In this document: in pieces, positions 50,882 through 63,000 of the stretch
Numbering within the stretch: the stretch's first letter is position 1
Layout: every line of letters starts with the position of its first letter
Assembly: GCF_032444005.1 (NCBI RefSeq)
Contig: NC_091282.1
Location: forward strand, 492,094,001 to 492,158,000
Length of the DNA stretch: 64,000 bases
Direction of reading: 5' to 3'
From: Ranitomeya imitator
Lineage: Eukaryota
Notes under the pieces: model-generated
Told to the model about the DNA's origin: nothing
What the model saw: the letters and a program-made list of their open reading frames with translations, nothing else
The model's database searches: none
Program-made: the position numbers and the translations under genes

Positions 50882-51712
50882 TTAAATTTTTGTACCAGGA
50901 GTGGCATAAGGTCACCCAAAAGCAGTGTGAAAGACTGGTGGAAAGCATGTCAAGAGGCATGAAAGCTGTGATTAAAAATCATGGTTATTCCACAAAATAT
51001 TGATTTCTGACCTCTTCCCGAGTTAAAACATTAGTATTGTTGTTTCTAAATGATTATGAACTTGTTTTTTTTTTGCATTATTTGAGGTCTGCAAGCAATG
51101 ATATTTTTGTTATTTTGACCATTTCAAATTTTCAGGGCGTTTAAAAGATTGTATACACACCAAAATGGTATCAACAAAAACGTCAGATCGGTGTACAAAA
51201 AATAAGCCCTCACCTGACCCCAGATCCCGAAAATTGTAGATGCAGCGAGTCGATTTTTTTTTGTTTTTTTTTTTTTACAAACTTTGGAACCTAGACATGT
51301 TTGGTGTCTTTGAACTCGTAATGACCTGGAGAATCATAATGGCAGGTCAGTTTTACCATGTAGAGAACACTGTAAAAAAACAACAAAATCCAAGAAACAA
51401 TTGTGGAATTGCACTTTATTTGCAATTTCTCCACATTAGGAATTTTTTTCCCGTTTTCCAATACAAGATATGGTAAAAATCAATGGTGCCATTCAAAAGT
51501 ATTACTCGTCCCACCAAAAAACAAGCCCTCATATGGCCATATTGAAGGAAAAATAAAAAAGTTATGGCAGTGGGAAGGAGGGGAGCAAAAAATGGAAACG
51601 CAAAAACAGAAATACCCCTGCAGACAGTGAGAGGCAAGTGTTTACTTCAGTTTTTGTTTTTATGTATTTATTTCTCAGTTTAGTGTTTCTCCGATTCTAG
51701 TTCCTATAGTAC

Positions 51713-51890
51713 CTGTATTCTGGTGACTTAGGACTCTTGTTTGATAGAAAGTCTGTAACAGCATCCAGATGATTGCCACATTATCGCTGCACTCCACAGC
51801 CACTTCAATCACTTGCCACAAGTATGACAGTGGTAGCCGCCCTTGAGAAATCAGGTACACTCGAACAAACGTTGATTTTGCGATATTGTC
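51713..51890 (-). CDS. FOCAD: Focadhesin coding exon
   Basis: ctgcag|GAC...ACAG|gtacta, 178 nt. Translates DNIAKSTFVRVYLISQGRLPL...LSHQNT. Confidence 0.95.
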
Positions 51891-52008
51891 CTGCAGCGAA
51901 GATATGGAATTAAAGTAAATCTTAATAGGAAAGTTGATAACATATAAACGTTACTGTCACAATGAACATCATATAAAAGAACAGCTATTTTCGGTTTTAG
52001 GATTTTAC

Positions 52009-52098
52009 CTTGGAAATGCAGCAAATTCTTTCCACTTCACTGTCGGCCAACTCTGAGATGCACTTTGAGACTTCAATATAAATCCCCATATTTGTCTT
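52009..52098 (-). CDS. FOCAD: Focadhesin coding exon (not shown in the ORF track)
   Basis: atgcag|AAG...TCCAAG|gtaaaa, 90 nt. Translates KTNMGIYIEVSKCISELADSEVERICCISK. Confidence 0.92.
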
Positions 52099-53002
52099 CT
52101 GCATCAAGTGCATATATGTAAAAACATAAAAAGAAACGGACAGTCTCAAACTAAAGAATACACGTTCCTTTTAAAACGGTCATAAATAAATGCCACGGCT
52201 TCTGTAAGTAATTGTTTGCCATTTCCTAAGCTCATTAGCCGGCACGCTGACAAGTTGCACAGAGCCCAATCCCATCCCTTCATTGGGTAAGCACGGGCAT
52301 CAAAGGTGTTCATGGCACATTGCTAATCATCTATTCAATACAGATGCACAAATGTAGTTAATTTAAGGTAGAAAATTGTATTAACAGTGGGCAAAGTGTA
52401 GATACAGTTAAAGTGTATCTTTAGTTTCAAGTGACTTCTTAACTAGCCGTTGTGTAAGTATCTCTCTCCTGCAATGTTCATCACACATTTATCTCTAATT
52501 ATCCATTGTCTCTGAGCTGGTGGGTGGAGAGTGGCTGCTATGAAGTTTCCCACACATACCACACACAGACATGAACGATTCCTGCTAATATTTCTGTGTC
52601 GCAGATATTTAGAAGCAACACTATGGAAAAGATTATACAACAGTACTGTGCAACATAGCTGTGAATCCAGCTCTGGGATGAGTTACATCACAGCTGGAGC
52701 TGCAGAGCAATTTGACTGCATCTGCTTGCTTTCCCACTGTGATACTCATTCCTCGTCCCCCCAACTCTCCTTATACTTTAAGCTGGTAGTTCATTTTGTC
52801 TTGAGAAAAATGGATTTTAGTTGTTTTTTTCCCCAGTAAATGAAGAGTTCAGGAGGCAGGGAGTAGGAGGAGACGTGGCTCATAAGTGGAGAAAGAAGCA
52901 GATTTCTCTGATAAGATATATTGCAGAGTTTCTTATAGTCACGTGTATTACTGATTGAAAGAACAGCGATCATTTAGGTATCACATTATTTTAATAGGTT
53001 AC

Positions 53003-53263
53003 CTGAATCTCAGCTGGTAATAGCAGGTATAGTCTTTCTATGGTTTTACACAGAAAGCTCCAGCAATGCTGTGGGGGATTGGAAAGCTTCATAGCCTGAG
53101 TCAAACCCAGCAAAATATTATTTGAGATCTCCACATCCGATGTCTTACTCTGAGACTCAAACTGTGAAACCACAAACACATCAGCGAAAGTCTGCAGCTT
53201 ATCCTCAGATACATGCTTCATCCATAGACACAAAGAGGTGGCCAGGTATGACCGGGTTGTGAC
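53003..53263 (-). CDS. FOCAD: Focadhesin coding exon
   Basis: ttgcag|GTC...ATTCAG|gtaacc, 261 nt. Translates VTTRSYLATSLCLWMKHVSED...LGLTQAMKLSNP...LLPAEIQ. Confidence 0.95.
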
Positions 53264-53479
53264 CTGCAATGCAAATAATTACCTAAATGCTGGAGAAAAG
53301 GAAGGATGTGGATGACAACAGAACACAATGAAGCCTTAGAAAAACATACATATTTCAAACCGGGCCAAATTTGTTAGGGAAGTGTTCGATAATTCACCTT
53401 CCTGGACCCTTGAGAGTGTGATGGAAGGGCACTTATAACTGTGGCATGTTATCTGTCAAGTTCTTTAGTCATTTTACTT

Positions 53480-53660
53480 ATTTGTATAGTGCCATAAGTT
53501 TCCACAGCACTTTACAGACATCAACACTGTCCCTGTTGGGGCTCATAATCTACGCCAACACGGGAAGAACATACAAACTCCTTACAGATGTTGCCCAAGG
53601 TGAGATTTAAGCCCAGGATCCCAGCGCTGGAAAGGAACAGTGCTAACCACTGAGCCATGA
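53480..53660 (-). mobile_element. SINE remnant (tRNA-like head, L2-like tail)
   Basis: Reverse complement starts GGCTCAGTGGTTAGCACTGTT; related to 10510-10692. Confidence 0.6.
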
Positions 53661-54134
53661 GCATTAAATAGGTGTCAGCAGAATGTATTCTCATCTCTCT
53701 CCCATACATATGTACACTAAAAGGGAATAAACCGCAGACAGACACCCTAGCTTATCCTCAATGAGAACAAAGGGTTGGGGCATTTGAGGTCACAGTGCCT
53801 GATCCTGTCCACTCACGTCGTCATCTGTAGAGGGAGGACGGAAGGTCCCATACACAGTGGAATGCGATAAGTAAGGCCTCTTTCACACTTCCGTCTCCTG
53901 TCGAGCATCTTAATAATAGTGAAAAACGTGCGCAACGCATCCAGTGTTTTGACGGATGCGTTGTTTGTGTTGTTGCCTGAATTTCAATGGAGAAGAGGCT
54001 TGCAGAAGTAGGTGTTTTACATGCTACGTCTATGTTTCCACATAGTATCCATTTGTAAGGATCATGGAGAAATGCAGTTGGCCGAGTGACAAACTCTTAC
54101 ATTCTTGTAGTAAAGCCACTGAACCTTTACTTAC

Positions 54135-54250
54135 ATTAAGGCTGTAAACTAAGGGCGGCACCACCCACATTCCGAGCAGCACAGCTGCATTTGGAGACGT
54201 CTGGGCCTGCGTCACTGCTATCTGGACACAGAGCTTTTGGATTTCTTCAC
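54135..54250 (-). CDS. FOCAD: Focadhesin coding exon
   Basis: attag|GT...AAT|gtaagt, 116 nt. Translates GEEIQKLCVQIAVTQAQTSPNAAVLLGMWVVPPLVYSLN. Confidence 0.95.
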
Positions 54251-54659
54251 CTAATTTAAAGGGAAAAAAACATAGAAGACCAAAATCTATCATTATACTT
54301 GACGAGTCACAATAAAGGGATTATTCAACTTTTAACTTTTTTTTTTAAATAAAAATAATATAAACAGTGCCCACTTCTTTCCCCTGGCGGTTCAGAACTG
54401 ACACTACCTCGCACCTACAGGTTTTTGTTTTGAAGTGGTCAGCATGTGACCACTCGGGTGTATTATTGGCATCAACGTTCAGCAATGGGAGCCATGATGC
54501 CAGTAGTTTGGCACCTGACTGATGAAGACACCAATACTAAAATACTCAGTCCACTAGGAGGGGGCCAGGATCTCTAGAAACAAAAAACAAAGCACCCATA
54601 CCTGGAAGTAAAGGTAAAATGACAATTTAGCTGATTAGTAACAAGCTGAAATGACTTGC

Positions 54660-54788
54660 CAAAGTTGAGTCGCATTAAAGGAGCTAGGATGGATGCCCAA
54701 TTAACAGGAGGGTACTGGTGGGTGTCCGCAGCTGCTACAATGGACGACACACACACCCTAACCAAGGCTGGAGGGATTGCTTCAGGGC
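54660..54788 (-). CDS. FOCAD: Focadhesin coding exon with a GC donor
   Basis: tgtag|GC...TTTG|gcaagt, 129 nt. Translates GPEAIPPALVRVCVSSIVAAADTHQYPPVNWASILAPLMRLNF. Confidence 0.93.
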
Positions 54789-57700
54789 CTACAATAAAAG
54801 AAAAAGAATGCTAAATGGTTGTGTGTCATAGCATCATGTCAAAACGTTACTATATCGCTTAGGTAACAGGTACATTACATTGAAAAAGTATTCATACCCT
54901 GTGAACGTTTCCATATTTTTTAATATTACATCCACAAACAAATGTATTTTATTGGCATTTGATGTGATATATCAACACTAAGTAGCAAGTATTGGTGAAG
55001 TGTAAATGAAATGATACATGGTTTCTAAATATTGTAAAAACATAAATATGAAAAATTGTGACATTTATTTGTATTCAGCCCCCTGTAGTTGGAGACACCT
55101 AAAGAAAGTCCTAAGTGACCAATTGACTCCAGAAGTCACATACTGTATTATGTGAAATATAAGACGAGAGAGAAAGAGAGAGTCCAGAATTGAAAAACAC
55201 ACGAACGGGGCATGCTCAATGTGAAAAAAACGGAATCGGTAGCCGGATCCAGGCAATACACCACACGTTTCAGCCGTTAATCGCTGAAACAGTCGCTGGG
55301 CATTTTTTCGCCGGACAGAAAAGACGCTCATATGGCCTTTTTTTTTCCGTCCGCAGCAAAATAAATTTTGGATGGATCCGGCAAAAAACGGATGAAACGT
55401 GAGGCCATCAGGCACAATCCGGCGCTAATACAACTCTATGAGAAAAAAATGGATCCGGCGGAAAAAAAACGGATCCATTTTTTTCAAAACTTGCTGGATT
55501 GTGCCTGACGGTAAATACCTGATGTGTGAAAGTAGCCTTAGGGCTTTCAGAAAATGTCGGCAGAGTTCCCGCACTTCCCATCGTTTTCACTGTGGTGAAC
55601 TTCGGGAAAATGTCTGCCGGAGACACTGCATGTGCAGACTGAGATCTCAGAAGATCGGACACCCCAATTATGGGTTAGTAATTGGAGTGTCTTATGAACA
55701 CCTCTCAAAAAGGTAGCACGGTATGTAAGGTCACAGGGGATATACAGTATTTACTGTGAAGTTAAAATATAACTTTTATTGTCGCTTATAATAAAATATA
55801 TTCACATAGTGCAGATGAGTGAATGAGCGAAACGCGTCGGGCTCACTGACGGGGGACAGCCACCAGCATACCGGATGAGACTGTTCCAATCTATTCTGTT
55901 AATCATTAATACCGCATGTTTACACAGTAACCTTGGGCATTAATCAGCATATACCCCATCCAGCCTGACTGCCGATATGAGTAAATAGGGCATATTCGCA
56001 ACTGACACCTAGCGGGACACAAATATATCTAATGTACTGAGGAACCTGTAGGATGTCTGTCTGAGTGTAGGGTATATTAGGCTCACTAGCTGAAAAAAAG
56101 CCCACAGTCTAATTATGTCTCATTATCTCTCAGGCTACAAATGACTTTACAAGGATATCAAAGATACTTGAGACAGATTATCCTCAAAAGCTAGAATGGT
56201 AACGAATCGTGGTTTGCAGCCTCTTTAGTACAATATAGGTACTCTACGATAGAGGATTGGTATCTTATTTCACATGACCTGTGTTAAAACCGCAAATGGA
56301 TATTGATTTATAAGATCCCTTACATATATTAACCTAGAAAACGTTATTGGGCACATGGTCTGGTATGATCAGGATTTGATATATGGCATGGTTTGCTGCA
56401 GTTAGCTTTGTTTGGCTTACTCATCACGAGTTACAAGCCATAAATTAGAACCTGAGTTAAAGTGGCATATTGCATTATATACCAACTGTCAAGAAGGAGA
56501 TTTGGTGTAATTGAGTATCATTGTGTGTAATTAAGTCCGTTTGTCCCGCACTCTGCACTTTTTGAATGTATTTTATTATAAGCAACAATAAAAGTTATAT
56601 TTTAACTTCACAGTAAACACTGTATATCCTATAACTTTATGGACACCTCTCCTTTTTGGGCTGACATTACACACCTGACATTAACCCCCAAAAATATTAC
56701 CCCAATTGCCACCGCACCAGGGCAATGGGGAAGAGTCAGGCAAAGTGCCAGAATTGGCGCATCTAATGTGATGCACCACTTTCTGGGGTGGCTGCTGGCT
56801 GGTATTTTTAGAATGGGAAGGGCCCAATAACCAGAGTCCTTCCCAGCCTCATAACATCAACCACCTGCTGTCTGCTTTACATTGGCTGGATATCAAAAAT
56901 GCAGAGGACCCTATGTTTGTTAAATTATTTATTTCATTTCCAGCAGTGATCTGGAAGACAGCGATGTGTACAGGCATCTTCCCCATGCTGTTCCCATTCC
57001 ATTTGAGCACTTTTTCCATCCATTTCAGGCCTTCTGTTAGTGTCTCCAGGGCAAATGCTCAAGTTTCCTATCGACTTCCATTATACTTGTTACTCGAGTC
57101 GAACCTGTCCAAATGTCCAACCTGCTCGAGCATTTTAATGTTCGCTCATCACTAGTTTTAATTAATCTAGCATGCTCTAGTAAAAAATAACAACACAAAC
57201 CTCACTTTGTTGCTATAAAAGTCAATGGAGTCAATCAGCTGCAGAATGGATCTGTTAGCGCTGTGTTACGCACAGAAACCATGAGCTAACGTGAACGGAT
57301 CCCAATATGTTCCCTATTTCCATCATAACAGAGAAGGCGGCATAGTGTTTTCATAGTGTAATAGACTTTAAACATCAAAAATTCACTAATTTCAGTAGTC
57401 AAATGCAAACTGATATGGACAAATATCTCTTTGATACCAGCGGCACATATCAGGCCTTTGGCAAATGGAGGTAGATAAACTACCAAATAAAATAATTGAA
57501 AATTAATTTGCTGCTACTATGTTTTATAAGACACTATTGTAAACTCACAAGCTGGGACTGATATCTTGGGAAATCTTAAAGAATGAGAGAGAACTAACTC
57601 TCAGTCCATTGTGGTTAGACACTGGAAACTAAAATGATATCGACTTCCTTTGTTGCAAAATTAAATACTAAAGGGGAAATCCAGAAAAAAAAAAGATCTT

Positions 57701-58237
57701 CTGATACGTCAGGAACGGGTATCTCAGAGCCTAACAGCTGCAGGACAATATAGAACTGCTCATAGATTATTTGTCACTGTACAACACTTTGATACATAAG
57801 ATTTATGGCCATTAAAATGATTAAAGGGGGGTCATTAAAAAGGTTGTTCAGGATAAGAAAAAAATGGCTGCTTTCTTTTAGTGGTTTTCCTTGTTCTTAT
57901 TGGAATCTGCACATTGTAGACTCAGCCTGAAAGTAACAAAACCACAAAAAAAAAACACATGGAAACAAGAAGTAAAGAAACTTGTGAGAAACAAAACAGA
58001 TTATATTTAAAGTTTAGATTCCTCGAAGTAGTGAGATGCAGAAGGAGGAACGAAGGAGTTTACCACGCTGAGAATGTGTAGTTGGAAATTTGGGCCAAGT
58101 TCCTCCTGAGGGTGCCATTTCCACTGGTGATCACAAGAAGGTAGACGAAAAATGGGGAAAGATTCCGGCACAACCATCCAGGAGTAAAACGGATTCTTTA
58201 TTCAAACGTAGTTAAAACATTAAAAGGCGAGGTCTCG

Positions 58238-58279
58238 CAACTGACGCGTTTCAGGTGTATACACCCTTAGTCATAATCA
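58238..58279 (-). ncRNA. Minimal type I hammerhead motif with an A3-U8 variant core
   Basis: Minus strand reads TGATT-ATGACTA-A-GGGTG-TATA-CACCT-GAA-ACGCGT-C-AGTTG. Confidence 0.6.
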
Positions 58280-58749
58280 TTCAACATCAATCCAAATGAG
58301 GGTTGAGGTGGACCACAGATTAAAGACAAAACAGCCAAAAATCACTCAGCACCCATGAAAACGCCTTCAAGGCTGTTGGAAAGCTATTCCTATGACTATA
58401 TGATGAAGTTGTCAAGGGGTACTTTGAGGAATTTAAGGTTTAACGTGTATTTTTTTTGTTTTGAACATTTTTTTTACGCCTTTTTTCGCTCGTGGTTTCG
58501 CTGCCTTCAGTCTTAATCTACAATAGGCACATTGAAATAAGAACCAAGAAAACCATTGCATGAACAAGGGAGTCCAAACTTTTGACTGGCACTTGCATGT
58601 ACTCTAACAGTTCAATTATTTCCGCTGGTAACAGAATGCAGAGGATATACTAGTATTCTCAGTGTAAAAGATTGATCTAAAAATCTGTTAGTTTAACAAC
58701 CAGAAAAGTACTTTCCCGCTTTGGTAAGCTTATAGGCTTATGTAGCACC

Positions 58750-59016
58750 ACCCTACATCTCCTCCCTGGTATCAGTCTACCACCCTACCCGTGCCCTCCG
58801 CTCCGCTAATGACCTCAGGTTAGCATCCTCAATAATCAGAACCTCCCACTCCAGTCTCCAAGACTTTACACGTGCTGCGCCGATTCTTTGGAATTCACTA
58901 CCTAGGTTAATACGATTAATCCCCAATCCCCACAGTTTTAAGCGTACCCTAAAAACTCATTTGTTCAGACTGGCCTACCGCCTCAATGCATTAACCTAAC
59001 GATCCCTGTGTGGCCT

Positions 59017-59049
<33 letters not shown>

Positions 59050-59398
59050 TTCCTCGCATCATGTTCTCATACACTTTATGCAGTATTAGCCCTCTGTGTC
59101 TGTACTGCTACATACTTAGGCAGTTAACTGGTTCATGCAGCTTTACATGAACACCTGAGCCTTACACTATAGCTGGTCCGAATAACTAAAGCAATTGTTA
59201 CCATCCACCTCTCGTGTCTCCCCTTTTCCTCATAGTTTGTAAGCTTGCGAGCAGGGCCCTCACTCCTCCTGGTATCTGTATTGAACTATATTTCTGTTAT
59301 GCTGTAATGTCTATTGTCTGTACAAGTCCCCTCTATAATTTGTAAAGCGCTGCGGAATATGTTGGCGCTATATAAATAAAAATTATTATTATTATTAT
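58750..59398 (+). mobile_element. 5'-truncated L2-clade LINE 3' end
   Basis: Resembles the RT C-terminal-coding end of L2 elements and ends TGTAAAGCGCTGCGGAATATGTTGGCGCTATATAAATAAA followed by (ATT)n. A shorter copy of the same tail lies near 4800-4900. The left boundary is approximate. Confidence 0.75.
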
Positions 59399-59426
59399 AT
59401 TTATATAAAGATTAATATTACGGTAC

Positions 59427-59507
59427 CTTTCTTTCCAGCCGAAATAAGGAAATCCACAAGAGCACGTATTAAACTTCTCTCAGGCAGATAGCTGAAATCT
59501 GGAGGAA
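59427..59507 (-). CDS. FOCAD: Focadhesin coding exon, the most 5' one seen in this window
   Basis: cttcag|TT...AAAG|gtaccg, 81 nt. Translates VPPDFSYLPERSLIRALVDFLISAGKK, similar to human VPTDYSYLPES...GGKKG as recalled. Confidence 0.92.
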
Positions 59508-60099
59508 CTGAAGTCAGAAATGTGATTAATTAGTGAGTTTTCATGATCTGATGCATTAGTGCAATTAGTTGAGGAGCTGGAAGGAGGAAGAAGGCTTGTT
59601 GTGCCGAAACGTACGTAGGGACGGGACTCCGAGGTGCCGCAGTGCTTGACTGCTAAATATCGGATTACCATTTACTCTTCACATCTGCCCACCTTGTTCA
59701 TTGACACACTATATAATGCTTTTCTGGTGACTTCACTTGTACTGTATATTACTGCTTACCTCTTTGTTTGACTGTCACTTTCCAATTGTGGGTTATATGT
59801 ATTTACATCTAACTATATTTATCATGCATGTCTACTTACTTTGCTTGCAAGCACTGGTGGCGCCATCTCATGGCTAAATATGATGTTCTATATGTATCAC
59901 ATTGTTTTTCATTGAATTATTATTAATAAAAAAAGTATTTTTATTCACTATTTCTGTGCACCTTTTCTCTATATGATTTCATCATCATAATACAGTAATG
60001 ACTATAATTACTAATATGCTACTGTGACATCATCATAATCAACCAATATGGATGATAATTTTTTTCTTTATTGATACATGTTAAAAATTCCTATTATGT

Positions 60100-63000
60100 T
60101 CAGACACTATGGTGACATTACCATAATACAGCAGTGCCTAGAAATGGTCAGACACTACGGTGACATCACCATAATCCAGCAGTGCCTAGAAATGGTCACA
60201 CACTACAGTGACATCACCATAATCCAGCAGTGCCTAGAAATGGTCAGACACTACAGTGACATCACCATAATCCAGCAGTGCCTAGAAATGGTCAGACACT
60301 ACGGTGACATCACCATAATCCAGCAGTGCCTAGAAAGGGTCAGACACTACGGTGACATCACCATAATCCAGCAGTGCCTAGAAATGGTCACACACTACAG
60401 TGACATCACCATAATCCAGCAATGCCTAGAAATGGTCACACACTACAGTGACATCACCATAATCCAGCAATGCCTAGAAATGGTCACACACTACAGTGAC
60501 ATCACCATAATCCAGCAGTGCCTAGAAATGGTCACACACTACAATGACATCACCATAATCCAGCAGTGCCTAGAAATAGTCACACACTACAGTGACATCA
60601 CCATAATCCAGCAGTGCCTAGAAATGGTCACACACTACGGTGACATCACCATAATCCAGCAATGCCTAGAAATGGTAACACACTACAGTGACATCACCAT
60701 AATCCAGCAGTGCCTAGAAATGGTCACACACTACAGTGACATCACCATAATCCAGCAGTGCCTAGAAATGGTCACACACTACGGTGACATCACCATAATA
60801 CAGCAGTGCCTAGAAATGGTAACACACTACAGTGACATCACCATAATCCAGCAGTGCCTAGAAATGGTCACACACTACAGTGACATCACCATAATCCAGC
60901 AATGCCTAGAAATGGTCACACACTACAGTGACATCACCATAATCCAGCAATGCCTAGAAATGGTCACACACTACAGTGACATCACCATAATCCAGCAGTG
61001 CCTAGAAATGGTCACACACTACAGTGACATCACCATAATCCAGCAATGCCTAGAAATGGTCAGACACTACGGTGACATCACCATAATCCAGCAGTGCCTA
61101 GAAATGGTCACACACTACAGTGACATCACCATAATCCAGCAGTGCCTAGAAATGGTCAGACACTACGGTGACATCACCATAATCCAGCAGTGCCTAGAAA
61201 TGGTCACACACTACAGTGACATCACCATAATCCAGCAGTGCCTAGAAATGGTCACACACTACGGTGACATCACCATAATCCAGCAGTGCCTAGAAATGGT
61301 CAGACACTACGGTGACATCACCATAATCCAGCAGTGCCTAGAAATGGTCACACACTACAGTGACATCACCATAATCCAGCAATGCCTAGAAATGGTCACA
61401 CACTACAGTGACATCACCATAATCCAGCAATGCCTAGAAATGGTCACACACACTACAGTGACATCACTATAATCCAGCAGTGCCTAGAAATGGTCACACA
61501 CTACAGTGACATCACCATAATCCAGAGGTGCCTAGAAATGGTCAGACACTACAGTGACATCACCATAATCCAGCAAGGCCTAGAAATGGTCATACACTAG
61601 TGACATCACCATAATCCAGCAATGCCTAGAAATGGTCACACATTACAGTGACATCACCATAATCCAGCAGTGCCTAGAAATGGTCACACACTACAGTGAC
61701 ATCACCATAATCCAGCAGTGCCTAGAAATGGTCAGACACTACGGTGACATCACCATAATCCAGCAGTGCCTAGAAATGGTCACACACTACAGTGACATCA
61801 CCATAATCCAGCAATGCCTAGAAATGGTCACACACTACAGTGACATCACCATAATCCAGCAGTGCCTAGAAATGGTCACACACTACAGTGACATCACCAT
61901 AATCCAGCAATGCCTAGAAATGGTCACACACTACAGTGACATCACCATAATCCAGCAATGCCTAGAAATGGTCACACACTACAGTGACATCACCATAATC
62001 CAGCAGTGCCTAGAAATGGTCACACACTACGGTGACATCACCATAATCCAGCAATGCCTAGAAATGATCACACACTACGGTGACATCACCATAATCCAGC
62101 AATGCCTAGAAATGGTCAGACACTACGGTGACATCACCATAATCCAGCAATGCCTAGAAATGGTAACACACTACAGTGACATCACCATAATCCAGCAGTG
62201 CCTAGAAATGGTCACACACTACAGTGACATCACCATAATCCAGCAGTGCCTAGAAATGGTCACACACTACAGTGACATCACCATAATACAGCAGTGCCTA
62301 GAAATGGTAACACACTACAGTGACATCACCATAATCCAGCAGTGCCTAGAAATGGTCACACACTACAGTGACATCACCATAATCCAGCAGTGCCTAGAAA
62401 TGGTCACACACTACAGTGACATCACCATAATCCAGCAATGCCTAGAAATGGTCACACACTACAGTGACATCACCATAATCCAGCAATGCCTAGAAATGGT
62501 CACACACTACAGTGACATCACCATAATCCAGCAGTGCCTAGAAATGGTCACACACTACAGTGACATCACCATAATCCAGCAATGCCTAGAAATGGTCAGA
62601 CACTACGGTGACATCACCATAATCCAGCAGTTCCTAGAAATGGTCAGACACTACGGTGACATCACCATAATCCAGCAGTGCCTAGAAATGGTCAGACACT
62701 ACGGTGACATCACCATAATCCAGCAGTGCCTAGAAATGGTCACACACTACAGTGACATCACCATAATCCAGCAGTGCCTAGAAATGGTCACACACTACAG
62801 TGACATCACCATAATCCAGCAGTGCCTAGAAATGGTCAGACACTACGGTGACATCACCATAATCCAGCAGTGCCTAGAAATGGTCACACACTACAGTGAC
62901 ATCACCATAATCCAGCAATGCCTAGAAATGATCACACACTACGGTGACATCACCATAATCCAGCAATGCCTAGAAATGGTCAGACACTACGGTGACATCA

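Larger units (their letters stand above)
48354..51130 (+). mobile_element. Tc1/mariner element, broken and interrupted by two insertions
   Basis: Starts TA-CAGCTCTGGCAAAAATTAAG. Transposase fragments WSKVIFSDES, GGGSVMIWGCF and FQQDNAPCH are present, and ELLKFLYQEW is restored when 49938-50881 plus one TTAA is removed. The right boundary is approximate. Confidence 0.88.
47824..51625. mobile_element. Outer piggyBac-type (family B-like) element hosting the Tc1 nest
   Basis: Left end TTAA-CCCCTT at 47820. Family B-like sequence at 47824-48350 resumes near 51136. The right end is degenerate, so that boundary is approximate. Confidence 0.65.

Noticed and set aside
54515-54545. CTGATGA motif as another hammerhead (also near 36268 and 2116)
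   Set aside because: No helix II plus GAAA plus helix III arrangement downstream.
59480-59671. 63-aa minus-strand ORF overlapping the FOCAD exon
   Set aside because: Wrong frame; the real exon is 59427-59507 in a different phase.
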